64,000 nucleotides of DNA from an uncultured Candidatus Saccharibacteria bacterium. Lineage in GTDB: Bacteria; Patescibacteriota; Saccharimonadia; UBA4664; CAZJNH01. The first letter of the stretch is position 1, and the number at the start of each line of letters is the position of its first letter. The stretch covers positions 7,226 through 71,225 of the forward strand of contig CAZJNH010000004.1 of the NCBI GenBank assembly GCA_964547425.1, read 5' to 3'. The position numbers and the translations under genes are program-made. Under the pieces are notes generated by a model that was given only the letters and a program-made list of their open reading frames with translations, did no database searches and was not told the DNA's origin. This document shows positions 19,515 to 31,005 of the stretch, in pieces.

Positions 19515-19634
19515 TGCATAAAAAAACAGCCCCGATGGGCTGTTTTTGAAAAAAACGCTCCTCGCCTTCACAGCTTAGAGTGTCTTAGTTTATGCATTTC
19601 CGGATACGTTAGCATAACCGAAATGCTAATGCAA
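19515..19634 (-). promoter_or_regulatory. Promoter, leaderless uORF and terminator (attenuator-like leader)
   Basis: TTGCAT-17-TAACGT; uORF 19597-19568 MHKLRHSKL; hairpin plus U7 at 19520-19547. Confidence 0.55.
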
Positions 19635-19637
19635 CAG

Positions 19638-20138
19638 TTAACTGTGTTTGGCGGGAATAAAGTTTTCGCCGACTACAGCTATCGGTACGGCGACAAGCCA
19701 GACTAAGCGGAGTGCGTAGATCCAATGGGCAATAATCGATTCATTTATGATTCGTGAGGACTGCTGAGAGTCGAGAAACGTCAGCACGCTGGAAATAAGT
19801 AGCGCGGCGGTTAGAACGGCGAGAATGAGCGTCACCGTAGTGCCGCCGTGGTTTTTACTTTTGTCGCGGTGGCCAAATTCGAGGATCAGAACCGGGATCA
19901 CAAACAGCGCCAGTTTAACCACGGTCAGGCTGAGATGACCGCCGAGATCGAAATGGAATTTATGCAGAAGTGTGAAAGCGCCGTCGGCGAAGGTCAAAAC
20001 CATGACTAGCCCAACGAAAGCCGAGAGTGCGAAGGTTTTGAGTTTACTTTGGCCCAAAATCAGTCCGTAAAGCAAAACCAAACTCAAAACTATCGCCATT
20101 ACCGTGTTAGTATTCAGCACCAAATTCGGTATACTCAT
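19638..20138 (-). CDS. Membrane protein of unknown function
   Basis: About 5 TM segments. Confidence 0.75.
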   Translation of the reverse strand: MSIPNLVLNTNTVMAIVLSLVLLYGLILGQSKLKTFALSAFVGLVMVLTFADGAFTLLHKFHFDLGGHLSLTVVKLALFVIPVLILEFGHRDKSKNHGGTTVTLILAVLTAALLISSVLTFLDSQQSSRIINESIIAHWIYALRLVWLVAVPIAVVGENFIPAKHS

Positions 20139-20230
20139 CCATTCTCATTATACCGCTTATCCTTAAACCCACCTTGTAATTTTCTAACCTGAAAAGGGTT
20201 ACACCCTTAACAGATTGGGGGAATACAAGG

Positions 20231-20854
20231 TTAGCGGCGCCAGAAGGGGCGGGACTGTTCGGCGTGGAGTTTTTTGAGTTGTTCGTAGAGGGCTTTTTCA
20301 TCTTTGGATAGCCGTGATGGGACCTTCACGCGGTAGATAACGGTGAGGTCGCCTTTGCGGCCGCCGCGGGTGGCCCGGCCCTTGCCGCGAAAGACTATGC
20401 CCTGGCCGTCTTGGGTGCCAGGCGGAACCGTTAATTCGATGCTTTCGCTGCCGATTTTGACCTTGAATTTGTCGCCTAAAACGGCTTGAGGGATGGAGAT
20501 TTCGACTTGGGCCTGGACGTTAGCCATAGCGGTTTCGAACATCTGCGAGAAGATGTCGCCAAAACCTCCGCCGCCGAAGCCGGAAAAATCGAAATCGTTT
20601 GGATCGAACCCGCCGAAACCGCCCTGGCTACCTGCTCCAACACCAGCATGACCGAACTGGTCGTACTGCTCGCGTTGCTTGGGGTTCGACAAGACAGAGT
20701 AGGCCTCGTTCACTTCCTTGAACTTCGTCTCATCCCCACCCTCTTTGTCCGGATGCAGTTTGTGCGCCTGCTTGCGGTAGGCGCGCTTAATTTCGTCGGC
20801 CGACGCGGATTTGGCTACTCCCAAAATGTCGTAATAGTCACGCGTTGTGGCCAC
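20231..20854 (-). CDS. dnaJ: Short DnaJ (J domain, G/F linker, one C-terminal domain; no Zn finger)
   Basis: [11 protein letters not shown], directly after dnaK. Confidence 0.92.
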   Translation of the reverse strand: MATTRDYYDILGVAKSASADEIKRAYRKQAHKLHPDKEGGDETKFKEVNEAYSVLSNPKQREQYDQFGHAGVGAGSQGGFGGFDPNDFDFSGFGGGGFGDIFSQMFETAMANVQAQVEISIPQAVLGDKFKVKIGSESIELTVPPGTQDGQGIVFRGKGRATRGGRKGDLTVIYRVKVPSRLSKDEKALYEQLKKLHAEQSRPFWRR

Positions 20855-20867
20855 GCCGGCCTCCTAA

Positions 20868-22796
20868 TTATTTGGTCTCGGTGTTCTCTTCAGGCTTAGC
20901 TTCGTCGGCAGGTTTGTCTTCGGCTGGCTGCTCCGGAGCAGTTTCAGCGGTCTGTTCTCCATCCTCCGACTTCTGATCGGCGTCTTGCTCTGAGCCTGCC
21001 TGCGAGTACATCGCGGCGCCGACTTTTTGCATTTTTTCGCTCAAGTCGTTGCCGGCTTGTTCTAACTCTTCCTTGTTTTCACTTTCGAGTTTGAGTTTGG
21101 CGTTAGCGATCGCTTCTTCCAACGCTTTCTTGTCCTCGTCGGGCGCTTTATCGCCAGCATCCTTCAAGGTCTTTTCGGCAGTGTAGACCATATTGTCTAA
21201 ATGGTTTTTGGCTTCAATCGACTCCCGCTTCTGCTTGTCACTCTCCGCATTTGCTTCGGCGTCCGCCTGCGCCTTTTTGATGTCCTCTTCTTTGAGATTG
21301 CCGCTGCCCTGAATCGTAATGTGCTGCTCCTTGTTGGTCGCCTTGTCCTTGGCGTTGACGTTCAAAATTCCGTTGGCGTCGATGTTAAAGGTCACCTCGA
21401 CCTGCGGAATACCGCGCGGTGCGGGTGGAATGCCGTCTAGAATAAACCGGCCGAGTGATTTGTTGTCCTTGGCAAACTCGCGCTCGCCCTGCAAAACGTG
21501 GACTTCTACCGAAGTTTGGTTGTCGGCCGCGGTTGAGAAAACCTGGCTTTTGGAGGTCGGGATTGTGGTGTTGCGTTCAATCAGTTTCGTCATTACCCCA
21601 CCTAAGGTTTCAAGACCGAGCGATAGCGGAGTAACGTCGAGCAGCAAAATATCCTTAACTTCACCGGCCAGCACTCCGCCTTGGACCGCGGCGCCGATCG
21701 CCACGACTTCGTCAGGGTTTACGCCCTTTAACGGTTCCTTCCCAAAAATTTCTTTGACTTTGGCTTGGACCGCCGGCATACGAGTCATTCCTCCCACCAA
21801 GATGACTTCGTTGATGTCCGATGCCTGCAGACCGGCATCCTTCAATGCCGACTGGCAGGGCCCAACGGTTTTGGTGATCAAGTCCCCAACCAGCTGCTCC
21901 AGCTTGGCGCGAGTTAGCTTGTAGGTAAAGTGTTTGGGACCTGAAGCATCGGCGGTAATGAACGGCAGATTCACTTCAGTTTCGGCGGTAGTCGAAAGTT
22001 CGATCTTGGCTTTTTCGGCCGCTTCCTTGAGCCGCTGCATAGCAGCCTTATCGGCGGTCAAATCCACGCCCTGTTCTTTCTTAAACTCATCGACTAAATG
22101 GTTGATGATGACAATATCGAAGTCGTCACCACCCAAATGAGTGTCACCGTTGGTGCTTTTAACTTCGAAGACGCCTTCGCCTAGTTCTAGAATCGAGACG
22201 TCGAAGGTACCGCCGCCTAAGTCGTAGACCGCGATCTTTTCTTCTTTGTTCTTTTCCAAACCATAGGCTAGCGCGGCCGCTGTCGGCTCGTTGATGATCC
22301 GTTTAACCTCTAGCCCCGCGATTTTGCCAGCGTCCTTGGTAGCCTGGCGCTGTGAGTCGTTAAAGTAAGCCGGAACTGTAATAACCGCTTCAGTCACCGG
22401 CTGGCCGAGATAAGCCTCAGCGTCGGCCTTGAGTTTGCCTAGGATCATGGCCGAAACCTCTTCAGGATTAAACGACTTGTCACCCATTTTGACCGCCACT
22501 CCGCCGTTGGCTTTTTCGATCTTGTATGGCATTAACTTCACGTCGCGCTGGACTTCTTCGTCCTCGAATCGGCGTCCGATCAATCTTTTAATCGAAAACA
22601 CGGTGTTTTCGGCGTTAATGACCCCTTGGCGTTTCGCGGCCATACCAACCAACCGCTCGTCGTTTTTATTAACCGCCACGATCGACGGCGTTGTCCGCCC
22701 ACCCTCGCTATTAGCAATGATCGTCGGCTTGCCGCCTTCCATCACCGCCATCGCGGAGTTAGTTGTACCTAAATCGATTCCAATAATCTTTCCCAT
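20868..22796 (-). CDS. dnaK: Chaperone DnaK
   Basis: [25 protein letters not shown]. Confidence 0.99.
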   Translation of the reverse strand: MGKIIGIDLGTTNSAMAVMEGGKPTIIANSEGGRTTPSIVAVNKNDERLVGMAAKRQGVINAENTVFSIKRLIGRRFEDEEVQRDVKLMPYKIEKANGGVAVKMGDKSFNPEEVSAMILGKLKADAEAYLGQPVTEAVITVPAYFNDSQRQATKDAGKIAGLEVKRIINEPTAAALAYGLEKNKEEKIAVYDLGGGTFDVSILELGEGVFEVKSTNGDTHLGGDDFDIVIINHLVDEFKKEQGVDLTADKAAMQRLKEAAEKAKIELSTTAETEVNLPFITADASGPKHFTYKLTRAKLEQLVGDLITKTVGPCQSALKDAGLQASDINEVILVGGMTRMPAVQAKVKEIFGKEPLKGVNPDEVVAIGAAVQGGVLAGEVKDILLLDVTPLSLGLETLGGVMTKLIERNTTIPTSKSQVFSTAADNQTSVEVHVLQGEREFAKDNKSLGRFILDGIPPAPRGIPQVEVTFNIDANGILNVNAKDKATNKEQHITIQGSGNLKEEDIKKAQADAEANAESDKQKRESIEAKNHLDNMVYTAEKTLKDAGDKAPDEDKKALEEAIANAKLKLESENKEELEQAGNDLSEKMQKVGAAMYSQAGSEQDADQKSEDGEQTAETAPEQPAEDKPADEAKPEENTETK

Positions 22797-22797
22797 C

Positions 22798-22956
22798 TTA
22801 TTTCTCCTTCTTACTTCTTATCTGCGCTTCTAACTCAGCTACACGCTTTGTTAGATCGTTCGTATGTCTGATTAATTCGTTCCCGCCTTTGTCGAGGGAA
22901 TACACCTCGTAAGCAATCAAGATAATAGCTACCCAAGTTATCCAAATCCAAATCAT
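22798..22956 (-). CDS. 52-aa membrane-anchored coiled-coil protein (not in ORF track)
   Basis: [52 protein letters not shown]; ATGA overlap with grpE stop, ends 1 nt before dnaK ATG. Confidence 0.75.
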   Translation of the reverse strand: MIWIWITWVAIILIAYEVYSLDKGGNELIRHTNDLTKRVAELEAQIRSKKEK

Positions 22957-23390
22957 TTCGATCTCCTAACTTTAACAATCGCGTGTCGAATTACTTTGTC
23001 ACCAATCATGTACCCAGGCTGTAGCTCCTCCTCAACGAATTCCTTATCTCCCTCACCCTCGACACTAATGGCCTCGTGGAAATGAGGATCGAAAAGTTGA
23101 TTAACCGTATGTATCCGTTTCACATTTAGGTTCTTTAAGATACTTCTGCCTTGATTATCAATGTGGCTAATTCCTTTCGCCCAAACATCATTTTCTTCAC
23201 CGTTTGGAACCTGAAGCAATGCACGGCCGATACTATCCATTAGCGGAAGCACCTGTAAGATAATTTCTTGTTTAGCGATGTCGGTGAACCCGGACCGGTC
23301 GGCTTCGGTGCGGCGGCGGAAGTTGTCGAACTCGGCCTGCAGCCGCTGTAAATGCTCGGTCAATTCCTTGACAGTTGGTTTTTTAGACAT
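22953..23390 (-). CDS. grpE: Nucleotide exchange factor GrpE
   Basis: [30 protein letters not shown]. Confidence 0.95.
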   Translation of the reverse strand: MSKKPTVKELTEHLQRLQAEFDNFRRRTEADRSGFTDIAKQEIILQVLPLMDSIGRALLQVPNGEENDVWAKGISHIDNQGRSILKNLNVKRIHTVNQLFDPHFHEAISVEGEGDKEFVEEELQPGYMIGDKVIRHAIVKVRRSK

Positions 23391-24075
23391 TGATGGCCTC
23401 CTCGAGTTGGCGAGCCGCGTAATCCACCAGCCCCACTACTTCAACGTAATTTTGCCTGGTTGGCCCGATGACGCCTATAAAACTTTGGCCGTATGGTGTT
23501 CGGACTCTGCCGATGATCGAGGTCGCGCCGGCGGCTTTGCCGATCGGGTTCTCGGATCCAATCAGGATACTTACCCGATTCGCGTCCGGAAAGATTTCTT
23601 GCAAATACTCCGGCAGATAGTCGAGCAGCTGGGCGATTTCAAATAGCTGAGTCTGGGTTTGAAACTCCGGATGAGAAAACAGCTGGGACAAGCCGAAGCG
23701 ATGAATGTGATCCAGCCAGGTGGCTATCCCCAAGTTATGGGTGGCCTGGGCCAGCGAGTTGGCGGTGTTTTTGATTGCTTGCTCGGCTTCACCCGAACCT
23801 CGGATTTGGCGCCCGATAACCGCGGCGCTTCTTTTTGAAGCCTCCGGTTGGATGGTATTAACGTACAGCCGGTAACCTTTGTCGGTCGGAATCCGGCCGG
23901 CCGAAGTATGGGGGTGCGTGATCAAACCTTGCCGCTCAAGTTCCGCCATTTCCGAGCGGATAGTGGCCGGGGAGTACCCAAGCAAGTTGGCAATCGCCAA
24001 CGAACCGACCGGTTCGGCGGTTTGGGCGTAGGTTTCGATGATGGTTTTAAGCAGTTGTATCTGTCGTTCGGTCAT
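23383..24075 (-). CDS. hrcA: Heat-inducible repressor HrcA (short form)
   Basis: [33 protein letters not shown]. Confidence 0.93.
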   Translation of the reverse strand: MTERQIQLLKTIIETYAQTAEPVGSLAIANLLGYSPATIRSEMAELERQGLITHPHTSAGRIPTDKGYRLYVNTIQPEASKRSAAVIGRQIRGSGEAEQAIKNTANSLAQATHNLGIATWLDHIHRFGLSQLFSHPEFQTQTQLFEIAQLLDYLPEYLQEIFPDANRVSILIGSENPIGKAAGATSIIGRVRTPYGQSFIGVIGPTRQNYVEVVGLVDYAARQLEEAINV

Positions 24076-24077
24076 AA

Positions 24078-24140
24078 TTGGCACTCACATTTCACAAGTG
24101 CCATTATAAAAACTTAGCACTCTCCAGTCAAGAGTGCTAA
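24078..24140 (-). promoter_or_regulatory. Two CIRCE operators overlapping a sigma70 promoter
   Basis: Perfect TTAGCACTC-N9-GAGTGCTAA at 24114-24140; degenerate TTGGCACTC-N9-AAGTGCCAT at 24078-24104; TTGACT-17-TATAAT on minus strand. Confidence 0.93.
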
Positions 24141-24223
24141 TGGGCTATACCTTAAGCATTTACAAATCCATTAAAAACTGGTACAATAGCGCGCATTCGT
24201 GAGGCCTACTCAAAGGAGAAACC

Positions 24224-24898
24224 GTGGCCGGTTACGAAGCAACTATCCAGCAAGCCGATGAACTGCGGATGTACGGCAATCAGAAGTCTGACGCAAGAAG
24301 GGCAATGAAACTCTACGTCCGGGTAGCTCTAGACCCAGACGCCCCAAAGCACCGGCAGCGTTATTGCTGGCAGCAGGCTGGGGTCAGTGCTATTCTGGAT
24401 GACGACCACGGATCGGCCTATTTCTTCCTCCAAAGAGCGAAGGAAGGCGCGACCGACCTGGAACGGGCAAACCTGTTGCGCGACGAGGGCAAGCTGCTGA
24501 TGCAAATGGCCAGTCTCAATGAGGCCGAGCAGGCGTTATCGCAGTCGCTCAGTCTCCTGGAAGACTTGCCAGATCAGGTGGCGGCCAAGGCGATGACGAT
24601 CGACTTCCTTGGCCGGCTCCATTCGATGCAAGGCAATCACGAGCAGGCGTTAGCCGACTTTACGACCGCCTGCGGGTTATTGCTTGTCCAGGGCACGCCC
24701 GAGCTTCGGCTCTACAACCGGCTGAACCTGGCGAGCGAGGAATCCCGAACCGGCGATTGGTTCATGTCCCGGGTCGACGCGATCCAGGCGTACAAGCTGG
24801 CCAAGACGAGTGGCGGACGGCCGCACCGGTTGCGAGCACTCGCCCTGCTGATCGGCGGACACCGGCTCGAAAGTTTGGCCAGAAAACTCTGGCACTAG
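24224..24898 (+). CDS. TPR-like helical repeat protein
   Basis: G.L....L.EA...L..SL and LG.L....G....A patterns; AAGGAG SD. Confidence 0.7.
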   Translation: MAGYEATIQQADELRMYGNQKSDARRAMKLYVRVALDPDAPKHRQRYCWQQAGVSAILDDDHGSAYFFLQRAKEGATDLERANLLRDEGKLLMQMASLNEAEQALSQSLSLLEDLPDQVAAKAMTIDFLGRLHSMQGNHEQALADFTTACGLLLVQGTPELRLYNRLNLASEESRTGDWFMSRVDAIQAYKLAKTSGGRPHRLRALALLIGGHRLESLARKLWH

Positions 24899-24935
24899 AC
24901 CCCAGCGACGACTTCAGTCCGCTGGGGTCGTTGCT

Positions 24936-25721
24936 TTAGAGCTTGATTATTAGCAATGTTCGTTCGTGACCAAATTTGGCGTAGTTTTGCTCGGCCAAGT
25001 CACCTGTCCACTTCGTAAATGCCCGGCCATCAACGAGGTTTTCGAAAAAGTCCGGATGCTCAACAACTCCGGCAAAGCCATCTGAGTAACAAATCACCCT
25101 ATCACCAGCTCCGAGCTCGGCTTCGCCGGACATAATGAAGTGCTCGGCGGCTTTTTCGCCGGTTAGCGCGCCGTACGACGCCGGTTCATCCGGGTTGTTA
25201 CGGTAGTGGCTCCTGACTAATTTACGCCGCTCCGGTTTGTTCCAGTCGCCGTGCTTCGAGTCTTCCGCATTCGTCCAGGGAGCAACACCGTCGGGGCTGA
25301 CAAATTTCTTTTGCCCAGATCTGTCAAAAACCGCAATAAAGCAATCGCCGATGCTTTGCCAAGTTAAAGTATCGTTTTCGATCTTTCCACCGGCTGCTAC
25401 AGTCGCCGCGAAATCATTGATCAGATAATCGACTTTGCGACCAACATTTAGCTCGGCTACCCTGTCGTTGCACGATTTGAGGGAAGCTGACTTGATAAAT
25501 TCTTCGGCACAAACATCGGCAGCCTCTCTTGCCGAGCTGGGGTTGGGGTAGCTTTGCAGCAATTCCTCCCAGCTATAGCCGGTGAAGTCCGTAAACTCTA
25601 GGGGGTCACGAGTGATGCCGTCGGCGACGCAAAACGTGGAGCCGTCGATCGCGTAGGCGTCTTCGGTGGCATGCAGTTTTGCGTATTTCGTGTCGTCAAA
25701 CTGAAAAACTTGATGCCTCAT
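24936..25721 (-). CDS. PP2C-like phosphatase
   Basis: EDA..CVADG, IGDC, YSDG motifs. Confidence 0.8.
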   Translation of the reverse strand: MRHQVFQFDDTKYAKLHATEDAYAIDGSTFCVADGITRDPLEFTDFTGYSWEELLQSYPNPSSAREAADVCAEEFIKSASLKSCNDRVAELNVGRKVDYLINDFAATVAAGGKIENDTLTWQSIGDCFIAVFDRSGQKKFVSPDGVAPWTNAEDSKHGDWNKPERRKLVRSHYRNNPDEPASYGALTGEKAAEHFIMSGEAELGAGDRVICYSDGFAGVVEHPDFFENLVDGRAFTKWTGDLAEQNYAKFGHERTLLIIKL

Positions 25722-25723
25722 TA

Positions 25724-27505
25724 TTAATCCTGTTTTACTAAAACCATGAAGGCTTCGGGTGGGATATCGACAGAGCCGATTTTTTTCATCCTGGCTTTGC
25801 CTTTTTTTTGCTTCTCAAGCAGCTTGTTTTTACGGGTGACATCGCCGCCGTAAAGTTTGGCGGTAACGTTTTTGCCGACAGCTTTGATGTCTTCGCGGGC
25901 TAAAACCTTTGACCCGACCGCGGCTTGCAGGCTGACCTCGAATTGCTGGCGGGGAATAACTTCCTTTAATTTCTCCAGGACCTTACGGCCTTGCTGGTAG
26001 GTTTCACTGCGATGGACGATCTGGCTAAGGCTGTCGATTCCTTTACCGCCAACCAAAATATCCAGTCTCTGCAAATCCTCAACCTTATACCCAGTCAGTT
26101 CATAACTGTAGGAGCCGTAACCGCTGGTGACGCTTTTTAGCCGATCGTAAAAATCGGTCAGCACTTTAGCTAGTGGAGCCTCAAACATCACAAGTGCTAG
26201 GTCTGGGTTTAGATAATCGACGCCTCCTTGATTGCCACGGACATCATTAATTAGCGTTAAGACTTTTCCTAGGTATTCAGTCGGAACCACGATTTCACCC
26301 ATCATCCAGGGTTCGCGGATCTCGGCGATCCGGCTGGGGTCGGGAAGTTCCGAGGCCGCGCGGACAACTTTTTCGCTGCCGTCGGTTAACTTAACTTCAT
26401 AATCGGTGGATGGACTGGTGACCACCAACTCCTGGCCGTACTCTCTCTCCAGCCGCTCTTTGACGATGTCGAGATGGAGGAGACCCAAAAAGCCCAGCCG
26501 GTAACCGTGTCCCAAGATTTGTGAGTTCTCCGGCTCCGTGGTCAACGAAGAATCGCTCAACTTCAGTTTCTCCAAGGCTTCTTTGAGGGACTGATACTGA
26601 TCAGCCGAGACGGGATAAAACCCGGCGAACACAAACGGCCGGACTTCACGATAGCCCGGCAGGGGAGAAGCGGCCGGCTCGGCAACGGAGGTTAATGTAT
26701 CCCCTACCCTCGCCTCTTCGGCGGCTTTGAGGTTAGTGACGATGTAGCCAATTTCCCCACTAACTAACTTTTCTCCCTTAGTCTGAACGGGTTTAAAAAT
26801 ACCTACCTCGTTAGCCAGAACCTGGCGGTCCGATGACATTTGGTTGAGTTCACTCCCCTGCCCCACCGCGCCGTCAACGATCCTGACAAACAAAGTCACG
26901 CCGCGATACTCGTCGTACTTGGAGTCGAAAATCAAAGCTCTCAGCGGCGCGGCGGGATCACCTGAAGGAGCCGGGACTTTTTCCAGTACACGAGACAGAA
27001 TCTCCCCTACCCCATCCCCCGACTTAGCCGAAATCCGGATCACTTCGTTTGGCTCGCACCCAATTAATTTAGCCAGCTCCTCCGACGCTTTGTCCGGGTC
27101 TGCCGCCGGCAAATCTATCTTATTGACGGCCGGGATCAATACCAGCCCCGCAGCCTGAGCCAGATGAATGTTAGCTAAGGTCTGGGCCTGCACGCCTTGG
27201 CTAGCATCAACCAGGACGATCGCTCCTTCGCAAGCCGCCAGCGACCGCGAGACTTCGTAGCTAAAATCAACGTGGCCTGGCGTGTCGATTAAGTTTAGGG
27301 TGTAGCCCTGCCAATCCATCGTCACCGGCTGGAGTTTGATGGTGATCCCCCGCTCCCTTTCCAGGTCCATACTGTCGAGCAGCTGCGCTTTCATATTACG
27401 GACCTCAACTGTGCCGGTCAGCTCTAGCAAACGATCGGCCAGCGTCGATTTGCCGTGGTCGATGTGCGCGATAATGCAGAAGTTGCGGATTTTGTCTTGG
27501 GTCAT
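25724..27505 (-). CDS. lepA: Elongation factor 4
   Basis: IAHIDHGKSTL, DTPGHVDF, KLLEKQKKGK. Confidence 0.98.
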   Translation of the reverse strand: MTQDKIRNFCIIAHIDHGKSTLADRLLELTGTVEVRNMKAQLLDSMDLERERGITIKLQPVTMDWQGYTLNLIDTPGHVDFSYEVSRSLAACEGAIVLVDASQGVQAQTLANIHLAQAAGLVLIPAVNKIDLPAADPDKASEELAKLIGCEPNEVIRISAKSGDGVGEILSRVLEKVPAPSGDPAAPLRALIFDSKYDEYRGVTLFVRIVDGAVGQGSELNQMSSDRQVLANEVGIFKPVQTKGEKLVSGEIGYIVTNLKAAEEARVGDTLTSVAEPAASPLPGYREVRPFVFAGFYPVSADQYQSLKEALEKLKLSDSSLTTEPENSQILGHGYRLGFLGLLHLDIVKERLEREYGQELVVTSPSTDYEVKLTDGSEKVVRAASELPDPSRIAEIREPWMMGEIVVPTEYLGKVLTLINDVRGNQGGVDYLNPDLALVMFEAPLAKVLTDFYDRLKSVTSGYGSYSYELTGYKVEDLQRLDILVGGKGIDSLSQIVHRSETYQQGRKVLEKLKEVIPRQQFEVSLQAAVGSKVLAREDIKAVGKNVTAKLYGGDVTRKNKLLEKQKKGKARMKKIGSVDIPPEAFMVLVKQD

Positions 27506-29079
27506 CGCAGCTCAAGCGGCCGCGTTACCACCTGCATCAGCCGGTCGATCACTTTGCGGGCTTCGTGGAGGTCAAGTAGATACGACGGCACTAGGTACGC
27601 CGCCAAGCCAATTACGGCAATCACGGCGAACTTCGGCGCGATGGTCCGAAAGCCAATATCCCCGGCGTACAGCGGCAAAAACCGCGCCACCAAAATATAA
27701 ATTGCGCTAGCCATTATGGTGTTGGCAAGCAGCATCTTAAACACCGCTGACATGATAGTTGATAGGCCAATGTTGCCGAGGCGTTTTTTGAGGATCGCCG
27801 ATAGCACTACGGTCTCAAGCGCCGCCGCGATCGATTGAGCCATCGCCAGTCCGACCACCCCAAAGCGGTGCGCCAGAATTATGCTCAAGACAATGTTGAG
27901 CGAAATGGCAAAGATGCTTAGGATCATCGGCGTTTTGGTATCCTGCAAAGCGTAGTACATCCGGCAGACCAAAAAGAAAAAGCTTTGGAAAACGATGACG
28001 CCAGCGAACCAGCCCAAAGTTGACGCGGTGGTCGGGTCGCCGAATCCAAATAGCAGCCGCACGATGTAGCCGCGCAGAATAATCGCCATTGTGCCCGCCG
28101 GGATGACAAGGAAAAGGATCAGCCGGCTGTTATAGACAAAATCCTCGATTAACTTTTCCCGACCGGTTTCGTTGGCCCGGCTGGCCATACGGGGAAACGC
28201 GGCGGTAGCGATGGCGCTGCCAAAGATCGCCAGCGGCACGTTTTTGAGGTTGTTGGCGTAGTAGTAGGCGGTCAGTGAGCCTTTGGCCAAAGTCGAACCG
28301 ATGACGGTTTGGGCGGTGTAGTTTATCTGGTCGATCCCCTGGTCGATCGAACGCGGCACCATTAATTTGATAACCCGGCGGACATCGCGGCGGTGGAAAT
28401 GGAAGCTAGGCCGGTACTTGTAGCCCAGCCCGGTCAGCCCAATGAGCTGGATCGCCGCCTGCAAAGCCGCGCCCAGCACCACCCCCCAGCCAACGCCATA
28501 GATCGAGTGGCTGCGGCTGAAAAAAACGATTCCGACGATAATGCCGACGTTATAAAACACTCCCGCCAGCGCGTAAAACAGGAAACGGTTGTAGGCTTGC
28601 TGGATGCTGCCCCAAACACTGGAGACCGCGAACAAGGTAGGCGTTAGAAGCATAATCCGGGTCAGGTTAACTGTGATGTGGTGACGGACAGGATCAAACC
28701 CAGGCGCGATCAGGTGTGTTAGAGGGTCGGCCAGAACAAAAATAACCGCCGCGATTATGACGGTCGCTACCACCAGCAAATTCAGCATTGCCCCCGAGAA
28801 CTGCCAGACCTCTTCGTGCTCTTCTTTAGATAAGTGAGTCGACAGTACGGGAATAAACGCCACCGCGAAGGCGCCGGAAACGAGTAGGGTGAACAGCAGT
28901 TCCGGCAATCGGAAGGCCGCGGTATAGGCGTCGGTTAGGGCACCGATGCCGAAGTGGGCCGCCAGCAAGCGGTCGCGTAAGAGGCCAAGCAAGCGGCTGG
29001 CTAAATACGACCCTGATATTAAAAAGGCCGCCGATCCTAACGAGCTTCGGCGATTTAATCTCTCAAATAACTTTCTCAT
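27502..29079 (-). CDS. murJ: Lipid II flippase MurJ
   Basis: SRLLGLLRD, AFRLP, many TM segments. Confidence 0.95.
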   Translation of the reverse strand: MRKLFERLNRRSSLGSAAFLISGSYLASRLLGLLRDRLLAAHFGIGALTDAYTAAFRLPELLFTLLVSGAFAVAFIPVLSTHLSKEEHEEVWQFSGAMLNLLVVATVIIAAVIFVLADPLTHLIAPGFDPVRHHITVNLTRIMLLTPTLFAVSSVWGSIQQAYNRFLFYALAGVFYNVGIIVGIVFFSRSHSIYGVGWGVVLGAALQAAIQLIGLTGLGYKYRPSFHFHRRDVRRVIKLMVPRSIDQGIDQINYTAQTVIGSTLAKGSLTAYYYANNLKNVPLAIFGSAIATAAFPRMASRANETGREKLIEDFVYNSRLILFLVIPAGTMAIILRGYIVRLLFGFGDPTTASTLGWFAGVIVFQSFFFLVCRMYYALQDTKTPMILSIFAISLNIVLSIILAHRFGVVGLAMAQSIAAALETVVLSAILKKRLGNIGLSTIMSAVFKMLLANTIMASAIYILVARFLPLYAGDIGFRTIAPKFAVIAVIGLAAYLVPSYLLDLHEARKVIDRLMQVVTRPLELR

Positions 29080-29099
29080 TAACTAGATTATATGCCAGC

Positions 29100-31001
29100 T
29101 TACGAAGCGGCGGGCTTTTGACGTAGTTTACCTTTGCCTTTGGTGGCCGGTTCGTCGGCGGTGTGTTCCCCGACTTCCTGGGTTGGCGACACCGAACCTT
29201 TTGGCTCTCCCATTAGTTCGAGGAAAGCCGGGCCTTCAATGGTTTCTTCTTTCATTAACCGCGCGGCAATCTCCTTAACCTTCGGCTTGTACTTCGCCAC
29301 GACTGTGTGGGCACGGCTGGTGGCTTCGTCGATCAAACCGGCTACCTCTTCGTCGATCATTTTGGCGACGTCTTCAGAGTAGTTTTTCATTTCGGAAAAG
29401 TCGCGGCCAAGGAAAATGGCGTCGGATTGCGAGCCGAACACGCGGTTACGCAGTTTAGCGTTACCGCTCATTCCGTAGTCCATCACCATCCGCCGGGCTA
29501 AACCGGTAGCGTTTTGGATATCGTTTGAAGCACCGGTAGTAATCTCGTTGTAGAAAATTTTCTCGGCGACACGGCCGCCCATCATCATTGCGAGCTCGTC
29601 CTTAAAATCGGCCACGGTGTGCATATGCTTGTCCTCGGCCGGCAAGCTCCAGGTAAATCCACCAGCGCTGCCGCGGGAGACGATCGAAACTTTGTGGACC
29701 GGGTGGGTGTTGGGCAATACGTGCGAAACGATAGCGTGCCCGGCTTCGTGATAGGCGGTAATCTCTTTTTCCTTAGCATTCAATACGTGGCTTTTGCGTT
29801 CCGGGCCGAGCAGGACTTTTTCGACGGAGTGATGAAGATCCTGCTGGGTAACCTTCTTGCGGTTAAAGCGGGCAGCGAGGATGGCTGCTTCGTTCATTAA
29901 GTTGGCCAAGTCAGCGCCGGAAAAGCCGGGGGTTTTTTTGGCGATTTCATTAAGATCGACTTCGGGTGCCAACGGTTTGCCTTTCGAATGAACGTCCAAT
30001 ATATCTTGGCGGTTTTTGAGATCCGGAGCGTCAAGGGTCACTCGCCGGTCAAAGCGCCCTGGGCGCAAAAGCGCTGGATCCAAAACGTCGGGCCGGTTGG
30101 TGGCGGCCATGACGATCACGTTGGTGCCTTGCTCGAATCCGTCCATCTCGGTCAGAATCTGGTTTAGGGTTTGCTCGCGCTCGTCGTGACCCCCGCCCAT
30201 GCCGGTACCGCGCTGGCGGCCGACAGCGTCGATTTCGTCGATGAAGATAATGCAGGGCGCGTTTTTCTTGGCCTTCATAAACAGGTCGCGGACACGAGAA
30301 GCACCAACACCGACGAACATTTCGACAAACTCCGAGCCGGAGATGCTAAAAAACGGCACTCCGGCTTCACCGGCCACCGCCCGGGCGAGCATCGTCTTAC
30401 CGGTTCCCGGAGGCCCGAACAGCAAGACGCCTTTGGGGATTTTGGCTCCCAGCGCTTCAAATTTGCTGGGATATTTTAAGAACTCGACGATTTCCGATAA
30501 TTCCTGTTTGGCCTCCTCCGACCCGGCAACGTCGGCGAAGGTTACCTTCTTTTTGTCGCTGCCGAATAGGCGCGCGCGGCTTTTGCCGAAGCTCATCGCC
30601 TGGTTACTGCTGCCCTGAGCCTGGCGCATCATAAAGTAGAAGAAGCCGATGATCACAATAATCGGCAGTAAGGTTATGGCGATGTCGAGGAAACGGCTCG
30701 AACCGGACACCGGGTTTTTGACGTTGACGGTAACCTTGCGCAGGTCTATCCCATAATCACTAAGCTTCGCGGAGTCTTCTTTGTTGGCCGACTGCTTCGG
30801 CGCGCTGCCATCTTTTAAGGTGATGAGCAGATGGCTGCCGGTGACATCGATGTGGTCGACTTTGTTGTCGCTAACCTCGTTGGCGACTTGGGACAGGTTG
30901 ACCTCTTGGGTCTTGGTCTGGGTGCCAGACATGACAAATAAAACCGCTAAGACTAGCAGTCCGACAACTAGAAAAATAAATTGCTTCTTCGGTACCTTCA
31001 T
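29100..31001 (-). CDS. ftsH: ATP-dependent zinc metalloprotease FtsH
   Basis: [20 protein letters not shown]. Confidence 0.98.
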   Translation of the reverse strand: MKVPKKQFIFLVVGLLVLAVLFVMSGTQTKTQEVNLSQVANEVSDNKVDHIDVTGSHLLITLKDGSAPKQSANKEDSAKLSDYGIDLRKVTVNVKNPVSGSSRFLDIAITLLPIIVIIGFFYFMMRQAQGSSNQAMSFGKSRARLFGSDKKKVTFADVAGSEEAKQELSEIVEFLKYPSKFEALGAKIPKGVLLFGPPGTGKTMLARAVAGEAGVPFFSISGSEFVEMFVGVGASRVRDLFMKAKKNAPCIIFIDEIDAVGRQRGTGMGGGHDEREQTLNQILTEMDGFEQGTNVIVMAATNRPDVLDPALLRPGRFDRRVTLDAPDLKNRQDILDVHSKGKPLAPEVDLNEIAKKTPGFSGADLANLMNEAAILAARFNRKKVTQQDLHHSVEKVLLGPERKSHVLNAKEKEITAYHEAGHAIVSHVLPNTHPVHKVSIVSRGSAGGFTWSLPAEDKHMHTVADFKDELAMMMGGRVAEKIFYNEITTGASNDIQNATGLARRMVMDYGMSGNAKLRNRVFGSQSDAIFLGRDFSEMKNYSEDVAKMIDEEVAGLIDEATSRAHTVVAKYKPKVKEIAARLMKEETIEGPAFLELMGEPKGSVSPTQEVGEHTADEPATKGKGKLRQKPAAS

Positions 31002-31005
31002 TTAA

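Noticed and set aside
19609-19629. Third CIRCE element
   Set aside because: TTAGCAT-N7-ATGCTAA is 21 bp rather than 27 bp; kept only as an unassigned palindrome.
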